From Eledone cirrhosa (taxonomy: Eukaryota), in contig OZ024749.1 in assembly GCA_964016885.1 (NCBI GenBank), positions 41,540,001-41,604,000 on the forward strand: a stretch of DNA of 64,000 nt. Reading direction: 5' to 3'. The translations under genes and the position numbers were made by a program. Positions 25,803 through 39,016 of this stretch are shown in pieces. The notes beneath the pieces were generated by a model. That model made no database searches. It was not told the DNA's origin and saw only the letters and a program-made list of their open reading frames with translations. Position 1 is the stretch's first letter, and each line of letters opens with the position of its first letter.

Positions 25803-25887
25803 CCTTCTGATGAGAGTTCATCTTTTCAATGGAAGGCCGCAAGGACTGTCCATTTTTTTTTGAGACTCGAAACCGATTTGGTAAAGG
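25803..25887 (+). ncRNA. Type I hammerhead ribozyme motif with extended stem II
   Basis: CCTT-CTGATGA-GAGT...ACTC-GAAA-CC-GATTT-GG-TA-AAGG. All core nucleotides, stems I-III and a GUA cleavage triplet are present. Confidence 0.7.
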
Positions 25888-26354
25888 TAACCACAGTGAG
25901 TAGAGTGAATCTTTTAAAATTTATTTTGAAACTTTTTCTTATTTGCTAAACCTTGATTATATATGTATATATATATATATATGTGTATATATGTATGTAT
26001 ATCTATGTATATGTATACATATGTGTATATATGTATGTATATCTATGTATATGTATACATATGTATGTATATATGTATGTATATCTATGTATATCTATAT
26101 ATATATGTATATATATACATATGTATGTATATGTAAGATAAAAAGATGGTTAAAAGAATTCCATGTATTTTATTATGCGCATTTCAAAAACAAATATCAT
26201 CATGGGATGATACTTGCGTTCTCATCAGATAAAATAGGGAGACATGATATGAAGTTTAAAAAACACTTGCGAGCATTGAAGTGTTAAATCTACATATATG
26301 TATATATATATGTGTGTGTGTGTATATATATATATATAAGTATATATGTTTGCA

Positions 26355-26408
<54 letters not shown>

Positions 26409-26778
26409 CGTATGTATATATGTATGTATATATGTATATGTGTGTCCATGCCTGAGTTTACATTTGTGCCTGAGTCTATGTTTATTATTTATGTCCTGTA
26501 ACTTAACAGTTCAACAAAAAGAAATCAATAAAATAAGTCCCAGACTTGGAAAAAAAACAACAAAAAAACACACACATACACACACAAGTACAGCAATCAA
26601 TAATACAATATATCAATTGACTGAGACCAGCAAAAGAACAACAGATGAAGAGATTTTAAAGAATAAGAGTATAAGAGAGTAAGAAAATGACAAGCTCACC
26701 TGAGATTTAGTGAATTTTGTGTTAGCAGACGATAGAATGGAAGAAGCAGAAGATACTATTGAATAATAATAATAATTG

Positions 26779-27232
26779 TGGTAGTAGTAGTGGTGGTGGT
26801 GGTGGTGGTAGTGGTGGTAGCAGTGGTGGTAGTAGTGCTGGTGGTGGTGGCAGTGATAGTGGTGGTGGTTGTGGTGACAGTGGTGGTGGTAGTAGTGTTG
26901 GTGGTGGTAGTGGTGGCAGCGGTTGTTGTGGTGGTGGTGGTGGTGGTGGTGGTGGTAGTGGTGGTGGTGGTAGTGGTTGTGCTATTAGTGTTGGTGGTGA
27001 TGGTGGCAGCGGTTGTTGTTGTGGTGGTAGGGGTGGTGGTGGTGGTGGTGGTGGTGGTGGTGGTGGTGGTGGTGGTAGTTGCGGTGATGGAAGTGGTGGA
27101 GGTAGTAATAGTGGTGGTGGCAGTAGCGGTAGTAGTGGTGGTAGTAGTAGTAGCGATAGTAGTGGTGGTAGTAATAGTAGCGGTAGTAGTGGTGGAAGTG
27201 GTAGTAGCGGTAGTAGTGGTGTTGGTGGTGAT
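26779..27232. repeat. Degenerate (GGT/AGT)n microsatellite
   Basis: Direct inspection. Confidence 0.9.
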
Positions 27233-27613
27233 GTGTCGTCTGCCAGCGTGAATGTCTTCTTGTTGAGAAATAATGAGAAATGTTTCTTTGGAAAGAACAG
27301 ATAACTGTGTGTGTGAGAGGTGAAAATATCTTGGTTGTGGGGGAGGGTTGTCTGTCTGCCTGTCTGCCTGCCTGCCTGCCTGTCTGTCTGCCTGCCTGTC
27401 TGTCTGTCTGTCTGTCTGTATGTATGTATTTATGTATATATGTATGTATGTTTGGTGGTGTTTCAGGCTGTCTGTATGCCACTATGTTTGACTGCCTATC
27501 TGTCTGTAGTGCTCTTGTCATATCTCTCTACACTTTAATCTTAGTTGGAGTATACACCTTGTCACACATGCACAGTGGCACACGTCTACACACACATACA
27601 CACATGCACATAC

Positions 27614-27656
<43 letters not shown>

Positions 27657-27716
27657 CATATACATATGTATGTGTATGCATATATGTATCTATCTATCTA
27701 TCTATCTATTTATCTT

Positions 27717-27752
<36 letters not shown>

Positions 27753-27754
27753 AG

Positions 27755-27799
<45 letters not shown>

Positions 27800-27837
27800 C
27801 ATACATATATATATATATACATATATGTATATATATA

Positions 27838-27959
<122 letters not shown>

Positions 27960-28170
27960 GTAATGTATCGACAGTCGATCGACTTTCGTCAAATCGGACC
28001 GAGGAAACAATGTTTCCGTTGGTCTTTCCAATTGCTAATACTATCTATCGGTCGCAACTCCATGTATATCATCATCATCATCATCATCATCATCTTTGTT
28101 TAACTCCCATCTTCCACGCTAGCATGGGTTATATATATATATATATACACACATATATATATATATATGC

Positions 28171-28208
<38 letters not shown>

Positions 28209-28408
28209 TTGAAAAAAAGGAAAAGAATGACTTCACTTGTAGTGTTGAAAAATTTTATGATTTAATCTTATAATATTATAATATTCTACCAACTCATAAT
28301 ATTATAATATTATATTATAACATTAAATCATTCTTTTTCCTTTTTTTCAAATATACCTAACTGTACCAAGGATCTCACACATTTTCCAATATATATATAT
28401 TTATATAT

Positions 28409-28750
28409 ATCATCATCATTTCATTTTACGTCCGCTTTTTCCCTGCTTGCAAGGGTGGGACGGGAACTGATTCTGGCTTGATTTCTACAGCTGGATGCCC
28501 TTCCTAACACCAACCTCATTTTACAGTGAGTGCTGGGTGCTTTTTTTGCCGTGGCACCTCCACGACCACTTTGCAGTGGAATGATAGGGACCCCAGTCCC
28601 TATCATCTCATTTCTACAGCTGAGTAAACTGGAGCAATGTGAAATAAAGTGTCTTGCTCAAGGAAACAACACATCACCCGGTCTGAGAATTGAACTCACA
28701 ACCTTTCGATTGCAAGGCCAATGCTCTAACCACTAAGCCATGTACCTCCC
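28409..28750 (-). mobile_element. CORE-like tRNA SINE copy
   Basis: Reverse complement of the 39962-40283 family. Confidence 0.85.
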
Positions 28751-29900
28751 CATACATATATATATGTGTGTGAGAGTGTGTGTGCAGGAACACATGTGAA
28801 CACACCAAGACACACACACACTCTTTTTATTTGTTTCACAAACAAATGGTTATATGGAGGTACATTATATCACATATACACACATACTTAACCCTCACAC
28901 TCTCTCTCTCTCTCTCTGTTACACACATACGCACCCACTAATATATTTACATATAAACTCACAAACATACAACAGTAAAATATGTTGCGTAATAAATAGA
29001 AAGAGAGAAAGAGTGTGCGAGGGAATAGAGATTAAATAGAAATTGAGAAAGAGAGAAACATGACAGAACTACACACACATACATACACACACATATATAC
29101 ACACACACACTCACACATATATATATATATATATATATAAGAAAGATTTAAGAAGCTCAGATACTGGCTAGGTGCTCTAACCATTGAGCTAAGGGACCCC
29201 TGACAACATCATATTATCTAAAGAAGGGGTTTAGTGAATTGGCAGTATCAGTAGAGGGTCGGACGCCATGCTTTGACGCATAGAGTTACGGCCCTTGCCA
29301 TTCTGAGTTCAAATCCCGCCGAGGTTAACTTTGCCTTTCATCCTTACGGGGTCGATAAAATAAAGTACCAGTAATACACTGGGAAATTGCTGGCCTTGTG
29401 CCAAAAGTAGAAACAATTATCTAAAGAAGGGGTTCTGAATCAAACAGCTTTTGAAAATATGCACACCTTGAATCTTCGAACTTATGAAAGCATCAAGGAA
29501 ATAAATTTTTAAAAAGATGTGGGAAGCTCTGGTGTCTGATTCTATGTAGCAGCTGCCGTAAACCTGTTTTCCGTCTCTAAATGTTTTTAACTGATTTTTA
29601 TAAGTTATTTTATTGTAGCTGGCTGTAACAGCAGTTATTTTCTGTGACTGAGCTTTCTACATCTTCTTTCTTATAAATTTATTTCCTCTGCACTTTCATA
29701 AGTTTGAAAATTATATATATATATATATATAAATATAATATTAACAATATTAATAAATGGAAGATATCTTTATAATACCATATTTATTTTATTATACATA
29801 TTTCAAAGACACAAAATTTTAGTGTGCTTTCATCAGATAAAATGTAATATTTGGTTTTAAGATATTGACATACCTTAGCGCAAACTTACTAGTATAAGCC

Positions 29901-30026
<126 letters not shown>

Positions 30027-30063
30027 TTATATATATATATATATATATATACATATATATATA

Positions 30064-30430
30064 CAGATGGTGGATGGGTGCTACACGAGAATGATGAGGA
30101 TGGCTCTGAACATTAATCAGTATACACTGAGGATGAAAAACTCAGAGCTGTATGGGAGCATCCCAAAAGTCAGCTCAAAAGTGACACAGAGGAGACTGAG
30201 GTTGGCTGGACATGCTCACCGACATCCAGAGTTGACATTGCACTCAGTGCTCCTTTGGGAGCCCCTACATGGACACACTAGAAGAGGAAGACCAAGGTTA
30301 ACATATGTTGATGCCCTAAGGACAGACACTGGTCTGTTGGAGATGCAGGATATGGCAGCGATAATGAGGGACAGAGACCGCTGGAGAGAACTCGTCCATG
30401 GATCTCGGGAATTTTACCCGCCTTAGATAG
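30064..30430 (+). mobile_element. RTE/RTEX-clade LINE 3' fragment inside a (TA)n tract
   Basis: [14 protein letters not shown]...[15 protein letters not shown]...LWEP.HG..RRGRP...DTGL...DRDRWR. Confidence 0.85.
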
Positions 30431-30438
30431 ATAGATAG

Positions 30439-30479
<41 letters not shown>

Positions 30480-30480
30480 C

Positions 30481-30543
<63 letters not shown>

Positions 30544-30768
30544 CATATATATATATCTATATATCTACAGTGAAATTCGGTTATAATGAAATTCATTTGG
30601 GTATAAAAAAAATTTGCTTTAACAAAAAATTCTTTATAACGAGATCAACCTAATCAAATCAAGCATTTTTTTGTCATTACCTCGGGGTAATTGAAAAAAA
30701 ATTTTGTTAGACTGAAAAATTTGTTATGATGGTATTCGTTATAAAAGAATTTTACCTGTCTATATATA

Positions 30769-30886
30769 TAGGATGTCCCCCCCCCCCCCCCCCAAAAAAA
30801 ATGGATACACACTTTGATTACCTGTACAGGCAATATTTATGAGAATGCTGTTGAAGTCTGTCTACATTTTTTGGGGTCACCCTGTA
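30769..30886. mobile_element. Short mariner-like MITE family
   Basis: ...ATACACACTTTGAT.ACCTGTACAGG...TACATTTTTTGGGG.CACCCTGTA. Copies at about 19520-19605, 39200-39300 and 62717-62900. Another Tigger-like MITE is adjacent at about 30567-30759. Confidence 0.65.
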
Positions 30887-31343
30887 TATATATAATAATT
30901 CAAGGGTAAGAAATTGTTCAGACAAAATGTATCAAAATATGGATAGGAAGAATCAAACTGTTACCACCATTATGTAAGTTCTTTCATTTAATTTCAGATC
31001 TACTTATGTCATTACACCTATATATATATATACACACATGACTATTTTTAGCACTCTGGTTGAGCTGTGCATTTGTCAGACAATATGATTAATAATTTCA
31101 TGTATTAATCAAAATTTTAATATATGTATATACATAATTGGAATTCTATGAGAATCCAGCTTCTACAAGGGATATATAACCTTGACAGCCACTAAAAAGT
31201 GAGAAACGATCGTCGGTTATTTCCCTTTGTTTTTGCTGAAGCTAGGTATGTGACATTAGTCACTACCTTAGATTCATAGTGAAAAGCCTTCAAAATGTTT
31301 TAAAATAAACATACAGTATATTATTAAGTATACAATACGTTCA

Positions 31344-31395
<52 letters not shown>

Positions 31396-31794
31396 CAAGT
31401 ATATAGATGGAAAAATTAGCTTTTAAATCATTTGAAATTCCTTAAACATGTTTCGAATTATGTTAAGTGAAAATTTGTATAATCAATATCTATACAAACA
31501 ATGATATATACGTTTATTTTTGCATTTCTCCATCATCTGAGGAATAAAAAAAAAAGATATTAAAGCGAAGCAGAATGTGTCTGAAATTCAATTTGTACCT
31601 TAGACAAGATGGAGGAACTTATAAGACAATCCATTGGTAAGTCGTTTTTGTTGTCTTCTAATTGCATTAGCAGGCAAGTCTTCCTCAAATCATGCCATGA
31701 AGTCTGTAAAATAATATGAATGTATATAAATTAGTATCACAGACATCCTGTTCTTTTCTGGTTTCTGCTTTCCTGGCACTAAAAATGAAACCAC

Positions 31795-33228
31795 AATAAT
31801 ATAATAATAATAATAATGAAATTATTGTGTAAAGTGCTCAGGTGCACTACAACTCGTCAATATAGTACATAGAATAATACACAAATGCCAGGGAAGTACA
31901 TGTTTGTATGTGTTAGCTGTAGTGTTGGCGGATCTCGGGAAGCATGGAGGCCTTAAAGGATGCAGCGTCTCGACAGCTAACAACTGATGCAGGTAGTTTG
32001 TTCCATGCTTCAGCAACTCTGAGCGTGAAAAAATGTTTCCGAAAGTCATGGGAACTGTGCTGTTTTCTTACTTTGTGGGCATGTCCACGTGTGTTAGACA
32101 CATGGAAATCGAAAAGGCACTCAGGGTTGTTGTTGGCAACATGGTTAACAATTTTGTGGGTGTTTACCAAGTCAGTTGCCAGGCGTCGGAGCTTCAATGA
32201 ATCCATGCCCAGGGAAGCAAGGCGATCAGAGTATGGTAGATGCCTGATGGAGGGTATTCGCTTGGTTGCACGTCTCTGAACAGTTTCCAGGCGGTCAATG
32301 TCCTGAGCAAGATAGGGGTTCCAGACTGGTGATGCAAATTCTAAGTGTGGTCGCACCATAGCTGTATACAGCCTTAAATAGATATCTGGAGAGCGGCTGA
32401 CAAAGGTCTTGCTGAGTGATGCTAAGACACCCTCGGCCCTCTTGACAGTTTTAGAGACGTGCCTCGTCCAACGCAAATCGCTGCTGACCGTAATGCCCAG
32501 GTCACGTTCACAGGAAGACTTCTTGATATTAGTGCTGTGGAGGGAATATGTGGACGCTGGGTTTTTACTCCCAAAATGCATGGTGGTGCACTTGTCCACA
32601 GCTAGCTTGAGTTGCCAGTCTGAGATCCACTGTTGCATTGTGTCCAGGTCAGACTGCAAGCAAGATCTATAGTGTTCAGGATCTGTCCTTTTTATCTCAA
32701 GGTACAGCTTGATGTCGTCTGCGTACTTTAGTACTGTGGCATTCCTTAAGTTGGCATCTATGTCATTAATATATGCCACAAACAAAAGGGGGCCAAGAAC
32801 AGATCCCTGAGGTACACCAGATGACATCTCATATGGTGAGGAATGCTGTCCCAGAACCGTGACTACCTCTCTTCGACTGAGAATGAAGGACTTCAACCAG
32901 TTAAAAAGATCATCCTTCACACCCATTGCAGAGAGTTTTGCCATAAGCCTTTTGTGCGGCACAGAATTGAAGGCCTTCGCAAAGTCAAGGTAAACAACAT
33001 CCACCCATGAGCCGCCATCAGTGATCCGGGTGATGTCCTCAAGAAACTCTATAAGTTGATCACAGCAGCTGGAGTTGGGGATAAATCCAAATTGCGAAGG
33101 CCGGATAAGGCTGTGAGAGCTCCAGAAGTTCCAAAGTGTTTCTCTGACACAGGATTCCATCAGTTTGGCGATGCAACTAGTAAGACTGACTGGACGATAG
33201 TTCACAGGTGATGTGCGGTCACCCTTTT
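31795..33228 (-). mobile_element. 5'-truncated CR1-clade LINE; RT domain and C-terminus (430-aa open frame 31913-33205) with (ATT)n 3' tail
   Basis: Motifs NYRPVSLTS, YLDFAKAF, GVPQGSVLGPLLF, YADD, ERDLG, VRPHLEF, TRGH, WNKLP. The 3' end is shared with the copy at 815-1420. Confidence 0.93.
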
Positions 33229-33907
33229 ATATATATTCCTATATCAGTTATATAATGGTACTGATCTAATTTCCCACCTTTCAAATTACATCTGTGAACT
33301 TCTTCACATATCAAAACAAAGGCTGCATTGTTTATATTATTCATTTTAATGAATGAATTAGGAAACGAATGACTGAATGAACTTTTTTTTTTTTATTACT
33401 ACTATTATCTTTATTACGAAAAAAAAAAAAAAGAAAAAAAAAGCTATAATATACAATAGATAAGATTCAATAGTGGAATGGAACTAATAGGATATACACA
33501 GTAATTCATTATTTCCTCATTACCAATCAGAATGAAGGCTTTTAGGTGTTAATTCTTAAACAATTAATAAATATTTTAAATTTAGGATTGGAGCTGTGGC
33601 TGGAGGGCTGCTGACGTAAGCTGATTATGTCTGCCAAGTCACCACCCTAAATTGTTTATTTTCTTTATCTGTTATAAATTCTATTTTACACACAAAAAAC
33701 CCCACACTGTATCATCCTGTACGTCTTTAATGTCTCCTTAAGGTGAGCCCTGTATGGCTAATAAAGAAACCATCAATAATTGTTTCTACTTTAGGCATAT
33801 GGCCAGCAATTTGAAGGGAAGGGGAAAGTCGATTAAAACAACCCCAGTGCAATACTGGTACTTTATTTTATCGAACCTGTAAGGATGAAAGGCAAAGTTA
33901 ACTGCCC

Positions 33908-33948
<41 letters not shown>

Positions 33949-34109
33949 GTTTTAAATTAAGGCACAAGGCCAGCAATTTGGGGGCGAGGCGGAGGCAGAG
34001 ATATGCCACATATGTCTGCCAATATACCAACCCTTAATGATAATAATAATTTCAAATTTAGGTGCAAGGCTATAAGTTCTGGAGGTAGGGGAAAGTCCAT
34101 TATATCAAC

Positions 34110-35200
34110 CCCAGTACTTAGGGAAAGTTGACCCAGTATTTAGGCAAAGTTAATCCAATATTTAGGAAAGTTGACCCATTGTTTAGGCAAAGTTGACCCA
34201 GTACTTAGGCAAAGTTGGCCCAGTACTTAGACAAAGTTGGTCCTCTACTTAGGTAAAATTGACCCCAATACTTAGGCAAAGTTGAACTCAGTACTGACTC
34301 AGTATTTCAGCAAAATTGATCCCAGTATTTAGGCAAAGTTTGCTCCAGTATTTAGGTAAAGTTGACCCCAGTACTTAGGCAAAATTGGCCCCAGTATTTC
34401 AGCAAAGTTTACCTAGTATTTAGGTAAAGTTGAGGCAAAGTTGGTCCAGTATTTAGACAAAGTTGACCCAAGTATTTAGGTAAAGTTGACCTAGTACTTA
34501 GGCAAAGTTGAACTCAGTATATAGGCAAAGTTGAACTCAGTACTGGCTCAGTATTTAGGTAAAGTTACCCCAGTATTTAGGTAAAGTTGACTCAGTACTT
34601 AGGCAAAGTTGACTCGGTACTTAGGCAAAGTTGACCCAGTATTTAGGTAAAGTTGACTCAGTACTTAGGCAAAGTTGACTCGGTACTTAGGCAAAGTTGA
34701 CCCAGTATTTAGGTAAAGTTGACTCAGTACTTAGGTAAAGTTGACTAAGTATTTAGGTAAAGTTGGCTCACTACTTAGGCAAAGTTGACCCAGTATTTAG
34801 GTAAAGTTGACCCAGTATTTAGGTAAAGTTGGCTCAGTACTTAGGTAAAGTTGACCCAGTATTTAGGTAAAGTTGACTCAGTACTTAGGTAAAGTTGACT
34901 CAGTACTTAGGCAAAGTTGACCCAGTATTTAGGTAAAGTTGACTCAGTACTTAGGTAAAGTTGGCTCAGTACTTAGGTAAAGTTGACCCAGTATTTAGGT
35001 AAAGTTGACTCAGTACTTAGGTAAAGTTGACTAAGTATTTAGGTAAAGTTGGCTCACTACTTAGGCAAAGTTGACCCAGTATTTAGGTAAAGTTGACCCA
35101 GTATTTAGGTAAAGTTGACCCAGTATTTAGGTAAAGTTGACTAAGTATTTAGGTAAAGTTGGCTCAGTACTTAGGCAAAATTGACCCAGTATTTAGGTAA
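34110..35200. repeat. 21-bp minisatellite (CAGTATTTAGGTAAAGTTGAC), about 50 units
   Basis: Tandem array flanked by Meta-like SINE fragments. Confidence 0.92.
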
Positions 35201-35442
35201 ATGCCAGCAATCTGGGGGTAAGAGGAAAGTTGATTAAATCTACCCCTACACTTGACTGATAGTTCGTTTATTGACCCTGGAAAAATAAAGACTGACGAAA
35301 CATTAAAAGAATCATACAAGGATCTGGGTGCAGCTTTATGCATAATGCATGCTGAATAACACTGGGGATGGGGACTGGGTGGCAAATGGGCAGCTCAAGT
35401 CATTGAAAGCACAATAAGTTGGTCACATCCTCCTGCAGTCAC

Positions 35443-35678
35443 TGTTGTGGTGTTGTTGTTGTTGTAGTTGTTGTAGTTGTTGTAGTTGTTTCCATTGTTG
35501 TTGCTGTTGTTATTACTTCTGTTCTTTTTGTTTTCTTTGTTGCTGCTGTTGTTGTTGTTATTTATTACTGCTGCTGTTACTACTGTTGGTGTTATTGCTG
35601 TTGTTGTTGTTGTTGTTGTTATTACTGCTACTACTGCTAATGTTGTCTTAGTTGTTGTTGTTATTGCTGCTGCTGCTG

Positions 35679-35732
<54 letters not shown>

Positions 35733-36625
35733 ATGTTACTACTATTGTTGTTGTTGTTGTTATTACTGCTGCTGCTACTACTGCTAATGTTGTCTTAGTT
35801 GTTGTTGTTATTACTGCTGCTACTGCTACTACTACTACTACTACTAATGTTACTAATAATGTTACTAATGTTACTACTATTGTTGTTGTTGTTGTTATTA
35901 CTGCTGCTGCTGCTACTACTACTACTACTGTTGTCTTAGGTGTTGTTACTGCTGCTGTTACTACTGTTGTTGTTGTTATTACTGCTGCTGTTACTACTGT
36001 TGTTGTTGTTATTACTGCTGCTGTTACTACTGTTGTTGTTGTTATTACTGCTGCTGTTACCACAGTTGTTGTTGTTATTACTGCTGCTGTTACTACTGTT
36101 GTTGTTGTTATTACTGCTGCTGTTACCACAGTTGTTGTTGTTATTACTGCTGCTGTTACTACTGTTGTTGTTGTTATTACTGCTGCTGTTACTACTGTTG
36201 TTGTTGTTATTACTGCTGCTGTTACCACAGTTGTTGTTGTTATTACTGCTGCTGTTACTACTGTTGTTGTTGTTATTACTGCTGCTGTTACTACTGTTGT
36301 TGTTGTTATTACTGTTGATGTTACTACTGTTGTTGTTGTTATTACTGCTGCTGTTACTACTGTTGTTGTTGTTATTACTGCTGCTGTTACTACTGTTGTT
36401 GTTGTTATTACTGCTGCTGTTACTACTGTTGTTGTTGTTATTACTGCTGCTGTTACTACTGTTGTTGTTGTTATTACTGCTGCTGTTACTACTGTTGTTG
36501 TTGTTATTACTGCTGCTGTTACTACTGTTGTTGTTGTTATTACTGCTGCTGTTAATACTGTTGTTGTTGTTATTACTGCTGCTGTTACTACTGTTGTTGT
36601 TGTTATTACTGCTGCTGTTACTGTT
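35443..36625. repeat. Compound trinucleotide tract grading into a 33-bp minisatellite (ACTACTGTTGTTGTTGTTATTACTGCTGCTGTT)
   Basis: Direct inspection. Confidence 0.92.
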
Positions 36626-37312
36626 TAAAAAAAATGTTAATTGAATGAAACCATTGTTTGGATGTATTACGTAATCCAGTTTACCTCACACACACACACA
36701 TATTCACACATACACATACCCACACACATGCACATACATACATACACTGACACACATACACAACACATATACACATATTCACGCACACATAAACATATAT
36801 ACATGAATAACCTCGCTAGCAGGAAAATGGCCTGTAAATGTTGATGATGATGATGATATATATATATACACATATATATATAGAAGACCCGACTTCCCAT
36901 GGGTGGCAAGCCGAAGCCGAAGCTGAAGCATATAGACAATATGCCCCCACACCCCCCACCGCAAGGTGGTCGTGGAGGTGCCACGGCAAAAAAAGCACCC
37001 AGCCCACACTGCAAAGTGGACGTGTAGGCACCATGGAAAAAAAGCACCCAGCACTCATTGAAAATGAGGTTGGTGTTAGGAAGGGCATCCAGCTGTAGAG
37101 ATCAAGCCAGAATCAGTTCCCGTATGAGCAAGACAAGACACTGCCCACAACAGGACGTGCTTAACCCATGCTAGCGTGGAAGAATGGACGTAAAATGGTG
37201 ATGATGATGATGATAATGATGTGTGTGTGTATGTATTTATATATATATTTTGATATAATCAGCTCCTCACGTGTGTAGACTTAAGTAATCTACAAAATTA
37301 CTGAATAAGCTA

Positions 37313-37354
<42 letters not shown>

Positions 37355-37369
37355 GTGTATATAAACATA

Positions 37370-37427
<58 letters not shown>

Positions 37428-37511
37428 ATATTTATATTTATATGTGTGAACCTAATCCTAATAAGACTAATATATTTTTGGATCTTTGTGTTTGTTTTGT
37501 TTTATTTGTTC

Positions 37512-37558
<47 letters not shown>

Positions 37559-37602
37559 CACACAGACACATATATATATGTATGTGTGTATATATATGTG
37601 TC

Positions 37603-37711
<109 letters not shown>

Positions 37712-37763
37712 CACACAGACACATATATATATATGTATGTGTGTATATATATGTGTCTGTGTG

Positions 37764-37831
<68 letters not shown>

Positions 37832-37883
37832 CACACCGACACATATATATATATGTATGTGTGTATATATATGTGTCTGTGTG

Positions 37884-37930
<47 letters not shown>

Positions 37931-38009
37931 GAACAAATAAAACAAAACAAACACAAAGATCCAAAAATATATAGTCTTATTAGGATTAGGTTCACATTTA
38001 TAAATATAT

Positions 38010-38057
<48 letters not shown>

Positions 38058-38103
38058 CACACCGACACATATATATATATGTATGTGTGTATATATATGT
38101 GTC

Positions 38104-38182
<79 letters not shown>

Positions 38183-38475
38183 CACACAGACACATATATA
38201 TATATGTATGTGTGTATATATATAATGGTCATCTTAGTATCTGATTCAACTCCTTCAGATGATGCTGCCAGATTTCTAGCTTGGATACAAATACATTGCT
38301 TATTCTTATCATAGCTATCTTAAAACTTATATAATACATGTATATACTGATGTTACAAATATGATGCCCCATTCCGTGAAATTGCACAGAAGAAAGTGGC
38401 TGAGAGATCTTGAGCTGCACATGCCTGTTTGCCTTATGTAATTGTTTTGCTGTGTGCAATATATGTATATATATA

Positions 38476-38825
38476 TCATCATCATCATCATCATCATTTC
38501 ATTTTACGTCCGCTTTTCCCTGCTTGCAAGGGTGGGACGGGAACTGATTCTGGCATGATTTCTACAGCTGGATGCTCTTCCTAACACCAACCTCATTTAC
38601 AGTGAGTGCTGTGTGCTTTTTTGCTGTGGCACCTCCACGACCACTTTGCAGTGGAATGATAGGGACCCCAGTCCCTATCATCTCATTTCTACAGCTGAGT
38701 AAACTGGAGCAATGTGAAATAAAGTGTCTTGCTCAAGGAAACAACACATCACCCGGTCTGAGAATTGAACTCACAACCTTTCGATTGCAAGGCAAATGCT
38801 CTAACCGCTAAGCCATGTGCCTCCA
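38476..38825 (-). mobile_element. CORE-like tRNA SINE copy
   Basis: Nearly identical to 28409-28750. Confidence 0.85.
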
Positions 38826-38976
38826 CCCTGTATATATATATATATAGTTATGTAATAAACAACATAAGGCAATTATGAATAATTGCCTTATGTTGTTTAT
38901 TACATAACTATTAAGCTCTGTTACCTACATAGAGCACTCTTTTTTCCTGGACTTTTCCGACGGAATTACTTCATTT

Positions 38977-39016
<40 letters not shown>

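Noticed and set aside
26759-27304. Gly/Ser-rich 181-aa ORF
   Set aside because: No ATG start or signal peptide. It is a (GGT/AGT)n microsatellite using essentially one codon type.
27960-28062. CpG-rich 100-bp patch with short palindromes as a possible NHE promoter or 5' exon
   Set aside because: No convincing donor site or promoter motif. It sits between microsatellites and could equally be a TE scrap.
31944-32672. Plus-strand ORFs of 111 and 87 aa
   Set aside because: Antisense to the CR1 reverse transcriptase.
35395-36644. Thr/Val/Ala-rich mucin- or antifreeze-like ORFs
   Set aside because: Open in several frames on both strands only because of the trinucleotide-based 33-bp repeat. No splice or start context was found.
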